A DNA stretch of 64,000 nt from an uncultured Verrucomicrobiae bacterium (GCA_963836755.1 CAWIKF010000002.1:1248001-1312000); one strand, 5' to 3'; numbered from the stretch's first letter, positions 9,679 to 20,272 are shown. Numbers and translations are program-made. Notes: a model not told the origin generated them from the sequence alone.

Positions 9679-10779
9679 GTGAAAACGTCAACGGGCGAGG
9701 TTGCAAAGCCGGAGTTCCAAAAAACTGATGTGCCATGTCTCTATCGGTACTCATCAAACGGCGTTTACTATGCCCTCGTCAAGATTGAGGGCAAACAGAA
9801 AAAACAATCCCTCGAAACCACGGACAAGCCTACGGCCAAGCGAAAGCTCGCTGATTTCAGGCGCAATCTCGGCATGGTGGACGCGTCACAGGGACGGATG
9901 ACTTTGCGTGAGCTCTGTAAACGCTATGTAGCCACGATCCAAAACCAAGCTACGACGACAATTTATCTTAAGGAGCATATCATCCAGCGGTTGTTGGCTG
10001 ATTTCGTCGAAGGGGCGGAATGTCAGGTGGCCAAAATTAAACCGTCCGCGCTGGAGGCGTGGCTTGCTCGATACGGCTTTGGCTATTCCTCGCATGCACA
10101 CTATGTGCAGGTGCTAAAAGCACTCTTTGCAATGGCCGTGACGGATAAGGTCGTTTTTGAATCGCCCGCTGCGGGGATTAAGAATAAGAAGGTCGTGAGG
10201 CCAATTCGCATCACCCCCACGTTCGATGAATTCCGCGCGATTATCGCGGATGTTCGTAAACAGGCATTGAATGCGGAGGCTCAAGACAGTGCGGATTTCT
10301 TGGAGTTCATGGGTCTGGTCGGCGTTGGTCAGGCCGAGGCGACGAGCGTTCAAAAGCAGCATGTTAATTTTGCGACTAAGCAAATCACATTTTTCCGCCA
10401 CAAAACGAAAACCCCCTATTACGTCCCCATTTTTCCCCAAGCGGAGGAATTGGTCAAAAAACTGATCAGACGGGATATGAAGCCCACTGACACGCTTTTT
10501 CCAGTGAACCTTGCCAAAAGTAAAAATGTGGATGCCCAGGGAAAAACGAGAGACGCCAAAAAGTCCCTTGCCGGCGCCTGTAAGCGTTTAGGGCTCCCCG
10601 CGTACAGCCAGCGTGCTTTGCGCCGAATGTTTATAACCAGATGCATCGAAAAAGGAATCGATGTTAAAGTCATTGCCCAGTGGCAAGGACACCAGGATGG
10701 CGGCAAGTTAATTTTGGGCACTTACAGCCATGTGCGCAATGTTCATTCTGATGAGATGGCCAAAAAACTGACGTTGTGA
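9679..10779 (+). CDS. Tyrosine recombinase/integrase
   Basis: 366 aa next to the att site; N-terminal arm-binding-like region; RALRR, WQGH and C-terminal TY motifs. Confidence 0.9.
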   Translation: MKTSTGEVAKPEFQKTDVPCLYRYSSNGVYYALVKIEGKQKKQSLETTDKPTAKRKLADFRRNLGMVDASQGRMTLRELCKRYVATIQNQATTTIYLKEHIIQRLLADFVEGAECQVAKIKPSALEAWLARYGFGYSSHAHYVQVLKALFAMAVTDKVVFESPAAGIKNKKVVRPIRITPTFDEFRAIIADVRKQALNAEAQDSADFLEFMGLVGVGQAEATSVQKQHVNFATKQITFFRHKTKTPYYVPIFPQAEELVKKLIRRDMKPTDTLFPVNLAKSKNVDAQGKTRDAKKSLAGACKRLGLPAYSQRALRRMFITRCIEKGIDVKVIAQWQGHQDGGKLILGTYSHVRNVHSDEMAKKLTL

Positions 10780-11594
10780 GCAAGCGTTCCGATCCAATAA
10801 AACCAGGTGGGCCAGCGACATCAAATCACGATGAACTGGAAAACATTGTAAAACGCTTCAACCAGTATTTCCAGCAGGACCGGGCGTGGCCACCTCCGAA
10901 ACAGCTCCGTCAACTTTTCGAACTAATTCCGCTATTATACATCGAGACGGGACGCAAGACCATTTCTCACGTCAGGTTTTGGAACATGGTAAAAGCGGTG
11001 GATAAGCGTTGGGAAGGACTGCACCTGTGCGAATCGATTATTGGCCTGGTGGAGAGGTTCGTCAACGTCATCGCCCCTGGCCCATGTGTGCCTGCAGCGG
11101 TAGCATTGATAACACGCGGAAAAAGCCCGGTGAGGCAGAAGAAAACCGATCCGTTCACACTGCCTGATCTGCTTGCGATGACGACCGTAACGAAAAGTTT
11201 TCTGGCAAAAGAGAACATTCGGCTGACAGATTTCGTAGGCGAGCTTGACAAGCACACGTCGGCCGATTTCAAGAGCTGGATCAACCGCGCGGCAGGCGCA
11301 TTAGGAACGCCCGAGGATATTGCCTGGCTAAAGTTTGAAAACGTGCACGCAACGGTACTGAAATGGCGCGTTGACAACGAAGCTGGCTTCAGCGCGTTCG
11401 TAAGCTGGGTTTATCATCTCCGAAACGACGACCTGACGGAACTGCTGAAGAAGGTTAGTTACCCATCGGGGTGGCTTCCCACCGTGGCTGACTTGAAAAA
11501 AGCCGAGGCCAAAGCAAAGCAACGAGCAAAAACCAAAAAATTTCGGGCGAAGTCGCCAAAATCGGTTACGGCCGTCACAGAGGCGGGTGGGTAA
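10776..11594 (+). CDS. Hypothetical protein coupled to the integrase
   Basis: 272-aa ORF overlapping the integrase stop (GTGA); basic C-terminus. Confidence 0.6.
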   Translation: MSKRSDPIKPGGPATSNHDELENIVKRFNQYFQQDRAWPPPKQLRQLFELIPLLYIETGRKTISHVRFWNMVKAVDKRWEGLHLCESIIGLVERFVNVIAPGPCVPAAVALITRGKSPVRQKKTDPFTLPDLLAMTTVTKSFLAKENIRLTDFVGELDKHTSADFKSWINRAAGALGTPEDIAWLKFENVHATVLKWRVDNEAGFSAFVSWVYHLRNDDLTELLKKVSYPSGWLPTVADLKKAEAKAKQRAKTKKFRAKSPKSVTAVTEAGG

Positions 11595-11675
11595 ACTCTC
11601 TAAATTCGGTTACAAGTATCTGTTTACCAACAATTTACGTTTTACGTAGGGCGTTTTTCGTGCGAGTTTGCTCGC

Positions 11676-13703
11676 GTGAAAAACGAGAACAAACAGAACC
11701 ACGCGCGCGCAACCGCCGCCGAGTGGCCTGACCAAAAAATTGCGGCAAAAGATACGCATCTTGCGAACGAAGATACCCAGAACAACTTCAAAGACCCCGT
11801 CCGGGACGTCCGGGAATTAGTCGGTGAGCAGGCAGTGCTCATCCCAATTCCAGTCGGCCAAAAAGGTCCAAAAATTCCGGATTGGCAAAAGATAACCCTA
11901 AAACAGAGCAAAGAGCCTGAGCATGAGCAACAGCTTCGCGCCGGGAATAACATCGGCGTGCTTCTCGGTAAGCCCTCAGGGGGGCTTTGCGCCATTGATA
12001 TCGACGACGACGAAGCTCTCGCACCATTTCTTGATTTAAATCCAGATTTAAAGGGCACGCTCCGCACCCATGGTGCACGTGGTGCCCAGATCTGGATGAA
12101 GATCGGCGGAGATTTTCCAGCCTTGGGAAAAATTAAAACAAAAGCAGGTTCCGAATGGGGTGAATGGCGCGCAGATGGCGGCCAATCGGTCATCTACGGC
12201 ACTCATCCGACAGGAGTTCAGTACCAGATCGTGCAGAAGGCGATCCCTCTGGTAAAGGAATTCGGGGCAATCAAATGGCCCGATGATCTCAACTTGCCTT
12301 GGGTGAAAACCGAATACGATCTCTTGGTCGAAGAAGAAGGTGAGCCATTTTTGGAGTCGGAGAACGGCACCATCAAGGCGCTTAACCACATGTTTTTTGT
12401 GGAGAAATACGTGCGTGAGCACGTCGTGCTCTACGATTCCGCGTTGAAGGAATTCTTCAGCTACGATCCAGCCGATGGATTGTGGAAACGAACCACCACG
12501 GAGTCTGCCAAAAAACAGATTTTAAATGACTTCAAGAAAGCTTCAAAGGAGTTCGGCGCGCGCCAGTTGCTGGCAAAGCGCAACGACTCCTTCGGCAACG
12601 CTCTGGTCAACCTCCTCAAGGCCCACTGTGAGCGTTTCGAGGCGTTCGGGGCCAAGCATTCCTATATTCACGTGAAAAACGGAATACTACAGTTGAACTC
12701 CACGCCTCCACGCATGGAAGAGTTCAGCCCCGAGTTTTACTCCAGGAACCTCTGTCCGTTCAATTATGAACCTGATGCGAAGTGCGAGCAATTTCTCAAC
12801 GAATTGCTCAAGCCTGCCCTTGGCGACGAGGATATTGATTTGCTCCAGCGTTGGGCCGGGTCCGTGCTCATCGGGCAAAATCCCGCCCAACGGATCTTGC
12901 TCGTCGTCGGCACCGCCGGAGGCGGCAAAAGTACCGTCATGAGTGTGATCGAATTGGTCATTGGGCTCAACAATGTGGCCCAGCTGCGCACCGAGCATTT
13001 GGCGGATCGTTTCGAATTGTTCCGATTCGACGGCAAAACTTTGCTCACGGGCAAGGACGTGGCTCCCACGTTCCTCATGCGCAAGGGTGCCCATGTGTTG
13101 AAGTCACTGGTGGGCGACGACGTGTTCGATGCTGAAAAGAAGGGTGCCAATGAACGCATCCAGCTTCGCGGCAATTATAACGTAGCGATCACATGTAATA
13201 CCCAGCTGAAGGTGTTGTTGGAAGGTGACGCCGGAGCCTGGAAGCGCCGACTTCTCATCCTCCACTATGAAAAACCAAAACCAAAAATCCCTATCGCTGA
13301 TTTTGCACACAAGCTCATTCGTGAAGAGGGGGCTGGCATTTTGACGTGGATGGTCGCTGGTGCCCAACGATACATGGAAGAGATTGAAAATCATGGCGGC
13401 CTACAATTAACCAAGCAGCAGCAGGCCCGCATCGATGCGTTGCTCTCGGAGAGCGACAGCATCCGCAGCTTCGTGGAATTTATGGTGGTTCCGGCTGAAG
13501 GCGAAACAGTCACTTCCAAGGAGTTGTTAAATGGATACGTCAACTACTGCACCTCTCACGAATGGGAAGGTTATCCCGAAAAAGAGGTCGAGCGTAAGCT
13601 TCCAACTCTTATGTACGAGATTCATAAGGTGAAGCAGAGCCACGACGTAAATCGACTTGGAACAGCTCATCGTGGCTACAAGGGCTTTACCCTCGCGAAA
13701 TAA
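11676..13703 (+). CDS. Bifunctional primase-polymerase fused to a D5/P4-type SF3 helicase
   Basis: NNIGVLLG...LCAIDID Prim-Pol motif; IHVKNGIL D5_N-like region; Walker A GTAGGGKST; AWKRRL. Confidence 0.9.
   Translation: MKNENKQNHARATAAEWPDQKIAAKDTHLANEDTQNNFKDPVRDVRELVGEQAVLIPIPVGQKGPKIPDWQKITLKQSKEPEHEQQLRAGNNIGVLLGKPSGGLCAIDIDDDEALAPFLDLNPDLKGTLRTHGARGAQIWMKIGGDFPALGKIKTKAGSEWGEWRADGGQSVIYGTHPTGVQYQIVQKAIPLVKEFGAIKWPDDLNLPWVKTEYDLLVEEEGEPFLESENGTIKALNHMFFVEKYVREHVVLYDSALKEFFSYDPADGLWKRTTTESAKKQILNDFKKASKEFGARQLLAKRNDSFGNALVNLLKAHCERFEAFGAKHSYIHVKNGILQLNSTPPRMEEFSPEFYSRNLCPFNYEPDAKCEQFLNELLKPALGDEDIDLLQRWAGSVLIGQNPAQRILLVVGTAGGGKSTVMSVIELVIGLNNVAQLRTEHLADRFELFRFDGKTLLTGKDVAPTFLMRKGAHVLKSLVGDDVFDAEKKGANERIQLRGNYNVAITCNTQLKVLLEGDAGAWKRRLLILHYEKPKPKIPIADFAHKLIREEGAGILTWMVAGAQRYMEEIENHGGLQLTKQQQARIDALLSESDSIRSFVEFMVVPAEGETVTSKELLNGYVNYCTSHEWEGYPEKEVERKLPTLMYEIHKVKQSHDVNRLGTAHRGYKGFTLAK
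11796..11819 (+). repeat. Right-arm half site of the CGGAC unit inside the primase 5' region
   Basis: CCCGTCCGGGACGTCCGGGAATTA, 23/24 identical to 51824-51847. Confidence 0.8.
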
Positions 13704-13970
13704 ATGTGTCTCGATCAGACCAAGTTAAACCACGTGAGACCACGTGGAGATGGAAGTTTCACTGCACAGTGTCCCGCTTGTCGGGGCGCTGGCGGTGATT
13801 CCAAGGGCATGCACCTCATTGTGTTCGCAAATGGGGCGTATGGGTGCGTGGCAGCCCCTGAAGACGCGGAACACAGCAAAGAAATTTTTAAACTGGTCGG
13901 ACTGAAGAGCAAGCGCGGTGCGCAAACTCTTCGGGCGCCAAAACCAATCAAAATAAATCGAGTTCAATAG
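13704..13970 (+). CDS. Small primase-associated zinc-finger protein
   Basis: AQCPAC...HL...YGC; starts directly after the primase stop. Confidence 0.7.
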   Translation: MCLDQTKLNHVRPRGDGSFTAQCPACRGAGGDSKGMHLIVFANGAYGCVAAPEDAEHSKEIFKLVGLKSKRGAQTLRAPKPIKINRVQ

Positions 13971-13985
13971 GGGAGGGGGATTATC

Positions 13986-14100
13986 CGGACGGCCCGGACG
14001 GGGTCATCGGACTCAATTTGAAAGTTGAGATGAGTTTTATATAGCCTTTCAAGGATTCAGAATTTTCAAATGACTTTAAATGTGCCGTCCGGTGCGTCCG
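13986..14100. repeat. CGGAC origin-like unit 1 (likely replication origin)
   Basis: CGGACGGCCCGGACG, AT-rich core, CGTCCGGTGCGTCCG; immediately downstream of the replication genes. Confidence 0.75.
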
Positions 14101-14374
14101 TAGCAGAGGGTAAATACTCGTAGAGTTTGCTATCGCCCCAATTTCATAAAATCCCAATGGAGGTCGGGTTTTATTCAAAAAATGCCTAAATTTCGCGCCC
14201 GGAGCGTTTTTATAAAACCTCTTTGCCTCTCTTGCTGGGCTAATTTGCCGATGATTACCACCGTGTGCGCTCCAACCTCGACAAACTGTGAATTCTTGGG
14301 ACAACCAGCCGTGCGGATGAATAAGCCTTTCTGCTGAGACAAACTGCACGTCTTGCGAGGATAGCCACCCATAA

Positions 14375-15454
14375 ATGTTCACCATTCAGCGCGACGCCCT
14401 TACATTTACCTTCCCGGAAATCGCCGGGCAGGTGCGCTCGCTTGTCGAGCGCAAGATTGAAGAATTCGCTTCTGCGCTCCCTCCTCGTTCCGAGCGAAAC
14501 AAGCTCATAGAGGAAATTGAATCCAACGAGCGATTCAGCAAACTAAGCCTTTCGCAAAGGGAACGCGCGAGCGCGATGTTGCGCACATGGACGCCTGAGG
14601 ACGTGGCAGCGGGTTTGCGGAGAACGATACTGGAACTCGGCGGCTTGAACACGGATGCGTTCACTGAGTTGACCGTCAAATTCCAGCGCACCATGCGAAT
14701 TCCAGACGGCGGCCAGACCTATTCCCTAGCGACGAATTTAGGCCAGCTTCCACTTCGCTCCGTGGATGCTTGTTCCAAGACCGCGCTGCCTTCGTGGATC
14801 AAGAAGGAGAGCGTTGTCCTGCCCTTGCACCGCAGCGAGGCACTCTGGCTTTGGTTCTCCTCGCGCTATCGCTTCGCGGTAAAAATCGGCGTCGGGAAGC
14901 TCGATGCGTTGACTGGCGAACCTTGGAACTCAACCCTGCACCGGCAACCGCAAAACTATCTCGTGGTTCCCGAGCCGTGGTGGAGTGAGAGCGATGAAGT
15001 CCTTTGGCACTATCTCGCGCTGCCGCTCGGCGTTGGCGACAGCGCGATTCGCTTGCAGGTCACTCCGATGTCCGCTGAATCCTATTATGACAACGAATTT
15101 TTGATCCGCACGCCGCGATCGATCCACGAGTTTTTCTCCAGCATTATCTTTGGAGGAATGATTCTCGCGCAGATGGAGCCGGGCCAACGCGAGCACGAGC
15201 GGTTCGAACTGGAATTCATGGAAGACAAGATACAGGCCGCGCTCTATCAATCCGTTCCTCAGAAAATTCCGGAGGACTCCTATGACTTCACGGCAAGGGG
15301 TCAAACGCAAAACGTCCACGGCATCGTTCACCCTTGCGATTCATCGGCTTGGAGACAAATCACCGGTACGAACCCGCCTCATCCGCCACTGACAGCCGAT
15401 GACTACCGGCAGGCAGGCATTCCGTGGGTTGAGAGCTACCGTGCAAGTGTGTGA
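14375..15454 (+). CDS. Hypothetical protein, possibly degenerate
   Basis: 359-aa ORF with a FQRTMRIPDG...SEALWLWF block recalled from an uncharacterised family. Confidence 0.55.
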   Translation: MFTIQRDALTFTFPEIAGQVRSLVERKIEEFASALPPRSERNKLIEEIESNERFSKLSLSQRERASAMLRTWTPEDVAAGLRRTILELGGLNTDAFTELTVKFQRTMRIPDGGQTYSLATNLGQLPLRSVDACSKTALPSWIKKESVVLPLHRSEALWLWFSSRYRFAVKIGVGKLDALTGEPWNSTLHRQPQNYLVVPEPWWSESDEVLWHYLALPLGVGDSAIRLQVTPMSAESYYDNEFLIRTPRSIHEFFSSIIFGGMILAQMEPGQREHERFELEFMEDKIQAALYQSVPQKIPEDSYDFTARGQTQNVHGIVHPCDSSAWRQITGTNPPHPPLTADDYRQAGIPWVESYRASV

Positions 15455-15601
15455 ATAGAATGATTCGAACGACGAATCGCGTGCGTAAACGAAATGAATC
15501 GGATTCAAACAGACGTCGCCGAGGAAATTGTTGCAAGATGAAGCTTGGACAAAGCATCTCCCTCAACACGACGTTTTCGTGCGCAAAAAAGTAAGGCATT
15601 T

Positions 15602-16462
15602 ATGATTACACAAAACTCACAGACGAGAGATTTAACGAGCATGGATAACATTGACGCCAATAAAATTCAGCCGATGCCCAAGGAGATTCATGAGCGACTA
15701 AACGAACATGGGGTCTATTTCAAAAAACGTGTGCTTCACGAACTGCGAAGCTATCAAGGTCTATCTATCGCGGGCGAGGAGGTCGGCGAATCATTCGGTA
15801 AAACCCGCGTGGCTGACATCCTCGCGTTCGACAAACGGAGCGACAGCCACACCCTCTACTTTGTAATTGAGTGCAAACGTGTCGCGAGTGAAAAGGTTTG
15901 GATTTTCTTTCGCGATATCGACAATACTTACAGAGCTTCTCGCGTGTCTAACATCGCCGGTCCATCAAGCGTCGTGCAAACTAGCGATCGGCTGCAGCTA
16001 GAACCTCCTGTATGCTCCGAAGGATATGAGTATCCAGTTGGCAGAAACAAAGTTGCCGACCAAGATCCCATTTTTCAGGCTGCAAGTCAGTTGTCAGGAG
16101 CTTTCTTAGGCTTTATAGCGCGGAGACAACGGATATGGCAACCCAACGCAGTAGAGCGTTTCGTCCCTCTTTTGGTGACGACGGCCAAATTATTCGCGGT
16201 AAATCAATCCGATCTTTCCAAGACGGATCTTCTATCTGGAAAGCTGAACTCAAGACCGCATTGCCTTGAGACTCCATTTGTTATTCTTAAACATCCTTTC
16301 CCGACACCGGAAGGCTTGGCCAAGGATTTTCGCGACGAGATCCAAGGAGAATCGTGGACTGCCATGCATCGCGAGACCATTTATGTCATAGGTGCCAGTG
16401 GCCTAAGAGAGTTCTTTGAGATTAGTCACCGCGATTTCCTTCACGACGCACGTAATGAATAG
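15602..16462 (+). CDS. Putative PD-(D/E)xK nuclease
   Basis: ADILAF...FVIECKR motif. Confidence 0.6.
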   Translation: MITQNSQTRDLTSMDNIDANKIQPMPKEIHERLNEHGVYFKKRVLHELRSYQGLSIAGEEVGESFGKTRVADILAFDKRSDSHTLYFVIECKRVASEKVWIFFRDIDNTYRASRVSNIAGPSSVVQTSDRLQLEPPVCSEGYEYPVGRNKVADQDPIFQAASQLSGAFLGFIARRQRIWQPNAVERFVPLLVTTAKLFAVNQSDLSKTDLLSGKLNSRPHCLETPFVILKHPFPTPEGLAKDFRDEIQGESWTAMHRETIYVIGASGLREFFEISHRDFLHDARNE

Positions 16463-16477
16463 ACTTCGATTGTTGCT

Positions 16478-17290
16478 ATGGAACCGGATCAAGAGCATTC
16501 TCTAGTTCTCAGACAGTCGCACGAGTTGATCGCGCTTGCATCTGCACCGAATCGTATCTTGTGCGAGATGGTAGCAAGTTCACTCGTGCTCGCAAAAGAG
16601 ACTGCCCCCCCTAATGTCGATCTCGACGCGCTTGTGCGTGAAGGAAAGCAAATCCAGGGAGGCAAAGGAATGACACCGGGAAATGTTCAGGCATTCAAGC
16701 TGTTTCACCAAGCTGCATGTGCCGGACACCCGGAGGCCCAGTTTCTTCTTTCCCAATACCATCTGTTCGAGATGGGGATTAAACTCGAAAAGGCTGAGTA
16801 TGAATACTGGTTGCAAAAATCTGCTGAGTCGGGCTTTGCACCAGCGCAAAACCGTTTTGGTTTTGAAACGAGCGCGCGAGACCATGTTGAAGCCGTTAAG
16901 TGGTATAGAATGGCTGCTGAACAGAATTATGCCAAAGGTCAACTCAATCTTGGTGACAGTTATCGTTATGGCTATGGAGTAGAGGAAGATTTGATCGAGG
17001 CTGTAAAGTGGTATCGAAAGGCAGCCGAACAGGGTAATGCTTGGTCACAATTCCTCTTGGGGGATTGCTATAAGGAAGGCGTAGGTGTTCCAAAAGATCA
17101 GGGTGAAGCCGTGAGGTGGTGGACAAAATCGGCGGAACAAGGTGAGGATAGGGCGCAAGCTGATCTTGGCGATTGTTATGCTTACGGTAACGGTGTGCCA
17201 CTAGACCTTGAGAAAGCTGTGAGTTGGTGGAGAAAGGCTGCGGAACAAGGAGCTAGTCAGGTTTATTACAAAGTCGGCAATTCATATTCT
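16478..17290 (+). pseudogene. SEL1-like repeat protein, 3'-truncated
   Basis: Repeated EAVKWYRKAAEQG; runs into unrelated GC-rich sequence at ~17290. Confidence 0.75.
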
Positions 17291-17303
17291 ATCGGCTGCG
17301 GCG

Positions 17304-17819
17304 ATGGCCGCGAAGAAGGCATTGACCGGCGAGGAAGAAGCCGAGCTGGCGGCGCTGTGGAAGCGGCTGGTGAAGCTGTATCATCCCGACCGTTTTGCGA
17401 ACGAGCCGGACAAGCTGGCGACCTACGGCAAGCTGACCGCCGCGATCAACCGGGCGAAGGACAGCGGCGACCTCGACACGTTGCGGCAGATTGCCAGCGA
17501 TCCGCACGGGTTCATTTTGCGGCAAGGCTGGGCGAGCCTCGATTTCCGCGACGAGGAGCAGGTGAGCCGGCTGCGGAAGCTGTGGGAGAGTTTGGAACTG
17601 GAAATCGTCATCGTGATCGAGGCGACGAGCCGGCTGCGCGAGAGCGCGGAGTTTGAATTGCACGCGCTGGTCGAGAAGAAGTCGGAGATGTTTGAAAGCG
17701 TGGTGGCGAAGCAGACCGAAAGACTGGACACAGAAATCGCGAAGCTGAGAGGCGAGGCGGCGGAACTGGCGAAGGAGATCGAGACGGTGGCCGGCCACCC
17801 AGCGGCGGACTTTCACTGA
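17304..17819 (+). pseudogene. J-domain (HPD) protein C-terminal fragment
   Basis: LWKRLVKLYHPDRF plus coiled coil; no RBS; abrupt GC shift at the 5' junction. Confidence 0.6.
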
Positions 17820-17954
17820 CCACTACACGCACTCATATCATTCTCGGCTGGTTTTTCACCACGCTCTGGTTCAGCGCGATTTCAGGACTGATGAAGGGAT
17901 GAATAGACTGGCGCCACTCCTGCTGGCCCGGAGATGGAGATATGGATTCGCCTG

Positions 17955-18075
17955 CGGACGCCCCGGACGCCTGTTTTTGAGTCTGGTTGAAAAGTGGATC
18001 TAGCATAGACTTCTTTGAATGTCACTGGACTCCCAAGGAGTTGAATATAGCCGTCCGCAGCGTCCGTAACGTCCG
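17955..18075. repeat. CGGAC origin-like unit 2
   Basis: CGGACGCCCCGGACG ... CGTCCGCAGCGTCCGTAACGTCCG (extra third repeat). Confidence 0.85.
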
Positions 18076-18220
18076 TGCACGGCCGATTGGAACGATCAAG
18101 CGATGGAGGAGGCGGCGATAGAATTTGTACTCAAGGTCGACAAAACAAAGAAGGACGACGTGTGGCGTCGTCCTATCTTTTGCTGCCCCTGAAATCATTA
18201 AGAGGGCAATTTTAGAAGTG

Positions 18221-18538
18221 TTAAGCTGCTTCTTTCAGCAAGTCGGTTACATTTCCCCAATCTTCGATTCGAACGACGAGGAAACGCTTTACATATCGAC
18301 AAAACCTGGGGGCAAGTTTAACCAGTTTGGCTGGTAACCGCATAATGGTCTCGAAGGAATGCTCGTTATCCTCGGTCGAATACATCGAGTGTTGAAGGTG
18401 CTTCTTCAACCCACAGGCTTCCAAAGCCTTTGGTAGCTCACGTTGATAAATGGAATTTCGCTGACTTTCATCAAGTCCTTCTCTTTCCATGAGCTTTGTA
18501 TCAAGATCAAAGCATATTGCATATTGTGGCATTTTCAT
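18221..18538 (-). CDS. vapD: VapD-like (Cas2-fold) endoribonuclease
   Basis: YAICFDLDT and LQHSMY motifs; GGAG RBS. Confidence 0.7.
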   Translation of the reverse strand: MKMPQYAICFDLDTKLMEREGLDESQRNSIYQRELPKALEACGLKKHLQHSMYSTEDNEHSFETIMRLPAKLVKLAPRFCRYVKRFLVVRIEDWGNVTDLLKEAA

Positions 18539-19096
18539 TAGGTCTCCTTTCTAACTCCCGATTAATATCGGGATCTTAGAAGACTATCAAAAATGACGTG
18601 CAACTACAAGCTTAAACTTCATAAGTCTTAAGGTTTTTTTACTCGCAGTAGGAAATGAAGTTTCCTATACTAAGAGTTACGTGCAATGGGTAGGCTTCTC
18701 ACAATAGCGAAAACCGAAATCGTCGGTGCGATTTTAACGGAAACTCAATGTACTATGTCACAGTTCCAAATCTGCCGAGCTTTCAAAGTACCGACATTCA
18801 ATGCGCAACACTCCGGAGCAAAAGGCAAAGCGATGGAAAAGTCGGGAGAAATTACCGTTGCGCAATTTTTATAAAGTTGCTTGAAGTTCCGCGAGCCCCG
18901 ATTAAGAAAATCCGGCCTCCCCGAGCCTCGGCGCCACCCATTATAGAATCGCGAAAAAGTCCCATACCTCCGCCGGAATTTAGCTTGACCACCGCGGCCG
19001 CATTCCATAACACCGCGGCATGACGGCGTGGAAACTACCAGGTGCGGCAACCAAAATACAACCAGAAACAGGCGAAACTTTTTTCGCCTTATATTA

Positions 19097-19123
19097 CGAA
19101 CTTTCGTCTAATTCTCGTTAGGT
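19097..19123 (+). other. attI-like site heading cassette array 1
   Basis: CGAACTTTCGTCTAATTCTCGTTAGGT; GTTAGGT is the complement of ACCTAAC in the next attC; no upstream attC hairpin. Confidence 0.5.
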
Positions 19124-19131
19124 CTTTCTCC

Positions 19132-19461
19132 ATGTCGCGCTTAGAGGACACCATGAACTTTCTTACAGATCAAGAGTGGGGCTGGTGCCCGTTTCTCTTC
19201 CTCCGGCCGCGCAAGGATCAGGACATAGACAACGCCGTCCTTCTAAAGATGGCGTGTTGCTTCGGTCCTGTCGCAGGCTTGGTTGCGTTGTTGCCCCTGT
19301 TCCTGTTTCGCCATGGCGTCACTGCTCGCGAAGTGATCTTGTGTCTCGTCGGCGCTTCGATTCTATTCTTTTTAGCCTACAAGTGGACCTTCGCTATCTT
19401 CTGGAATCGCCGCGCCGAGCGGCTTCGCTCATCGAACGCGCAGCCCGCCTCGGAGACCTAA
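19132..19461 (+). CDS. Cassette membrane protein
   Basis: Two TM segments; stop codon lies within the TAAC box of the attC. Confidence 0.7.
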   Translation: MSRLEDTMNFLTDQEWGWCPFLFLRPRKDQDIDNAVLLKMACCFGPVAGLVALLPLFLFRHGVTAREVILCLVGASILFFLAYKWTFAIFWNRRAERLRSSNAQPASET

Positions 19462-19580
19462 CCAGGCGATGCAGCGAACCGCTGGCCGCTCCGCGTTTTA
19501 GCTTGCGATGACTTCCACATTCAACCTGCAGCCACACGCGGCCTCGCCAGCGGTCGCTGATCTTGTGTCTCGTTAGGCGC

Positions 19581-20030
19581 ATGAGAACGCACCGCGTAAT
19601 TCACGGTTTGGCGATTCTGTCGCTCATAGTCGTCGCTGCCATGAGCGTCATCGGCAGCCTGCGTCAGTTTCCCGGAGCACCGCCCGAGATGAGATTCGCG
19701 CCACTCGTCGGCCTCGCTATTTGGTCGTTCCTGCTCTGGAAGATTTGGCGACGTCCTCGCAAATGGGGTCTCGGAGTCGGCATCTTCCTCTTTCTGATGA
19801 TCGCCTTCCAGAGCTACCTTTGGTGGCTTGGCGTCAACAATCCCAAGCTAGAGGCACAGATACCAGAAGCCAGCCGAAGCGTTGCCAACTTCATTCTGAT
19901 TTATGAGCTTCCGATCTTCGTTGCTGGTGTGTGCTGCATTTTGCTACGCTTTTCCAATCCACATGAGTCCTTTGACCACGCAGCGAAATGCGCCCGACCC
20001 TGCGATGCAGCTAACAGGCTCCGCCTGTAG
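19581..20030 (+). CDS. Cassette membrane protein
   Basis: About four TM segments; starts 3 nt after GTTAGGC. Confidence 0.65.
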   Translation: MRTHRVIHGLAILSLIVVAAMSVIGSLRQFPGAPPEMRFAPLVGLAIWSFLLWKIWRRPRKWGLGVGIFLFLMIAFQSYLWWLGVNNPKLEAQIPEASRSVANFILIYELPIFVAGVCCILLRFSNPHESFDHAAKCARPCDAANRLRL

Positions 20031-20059
20031 CTGATCTTGTTCTCGTTAGGGCCAAAACC

Positions 20060-20272
20060 ATGAAACCAAAAACGAAAGCAACAATATTACTGGCAATAGG
20101 ACTAGCTCTACAAAATGCAGGCATCATAACTGTTCCGCTGCATCTGTCGCAAAATGTGAAAACAGTTTTGATCTTGATAAGCATACCATTTTTTATATGG
20201 AGCATAGTGTTGTTTACCCGCAAGAAGCCCACGCCCGAGAACAAATCAATCCCACTAGAAATACCAAAATGA
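20060..20272 (+). CDS. Cassette small membrane protein
   Basis: 70 aa, two hydrophobic segments, bracketed by GTTAGGG and CCCTAAC. Confidence 0.6.
   Translation: MKPKTKATILLAIGLALQNAGIITVPLHLSQNVKTVLILISIPFFIWSIVLFTRKKPTPENKSIPLEIPK

Noticed and set aside
9679..10779. Integron integrase IntI
   Set aside because: It sits at a tRNA att site with arm repeats, shows no evident IntI-specific insertion, and is 8 kb from the first cassette.
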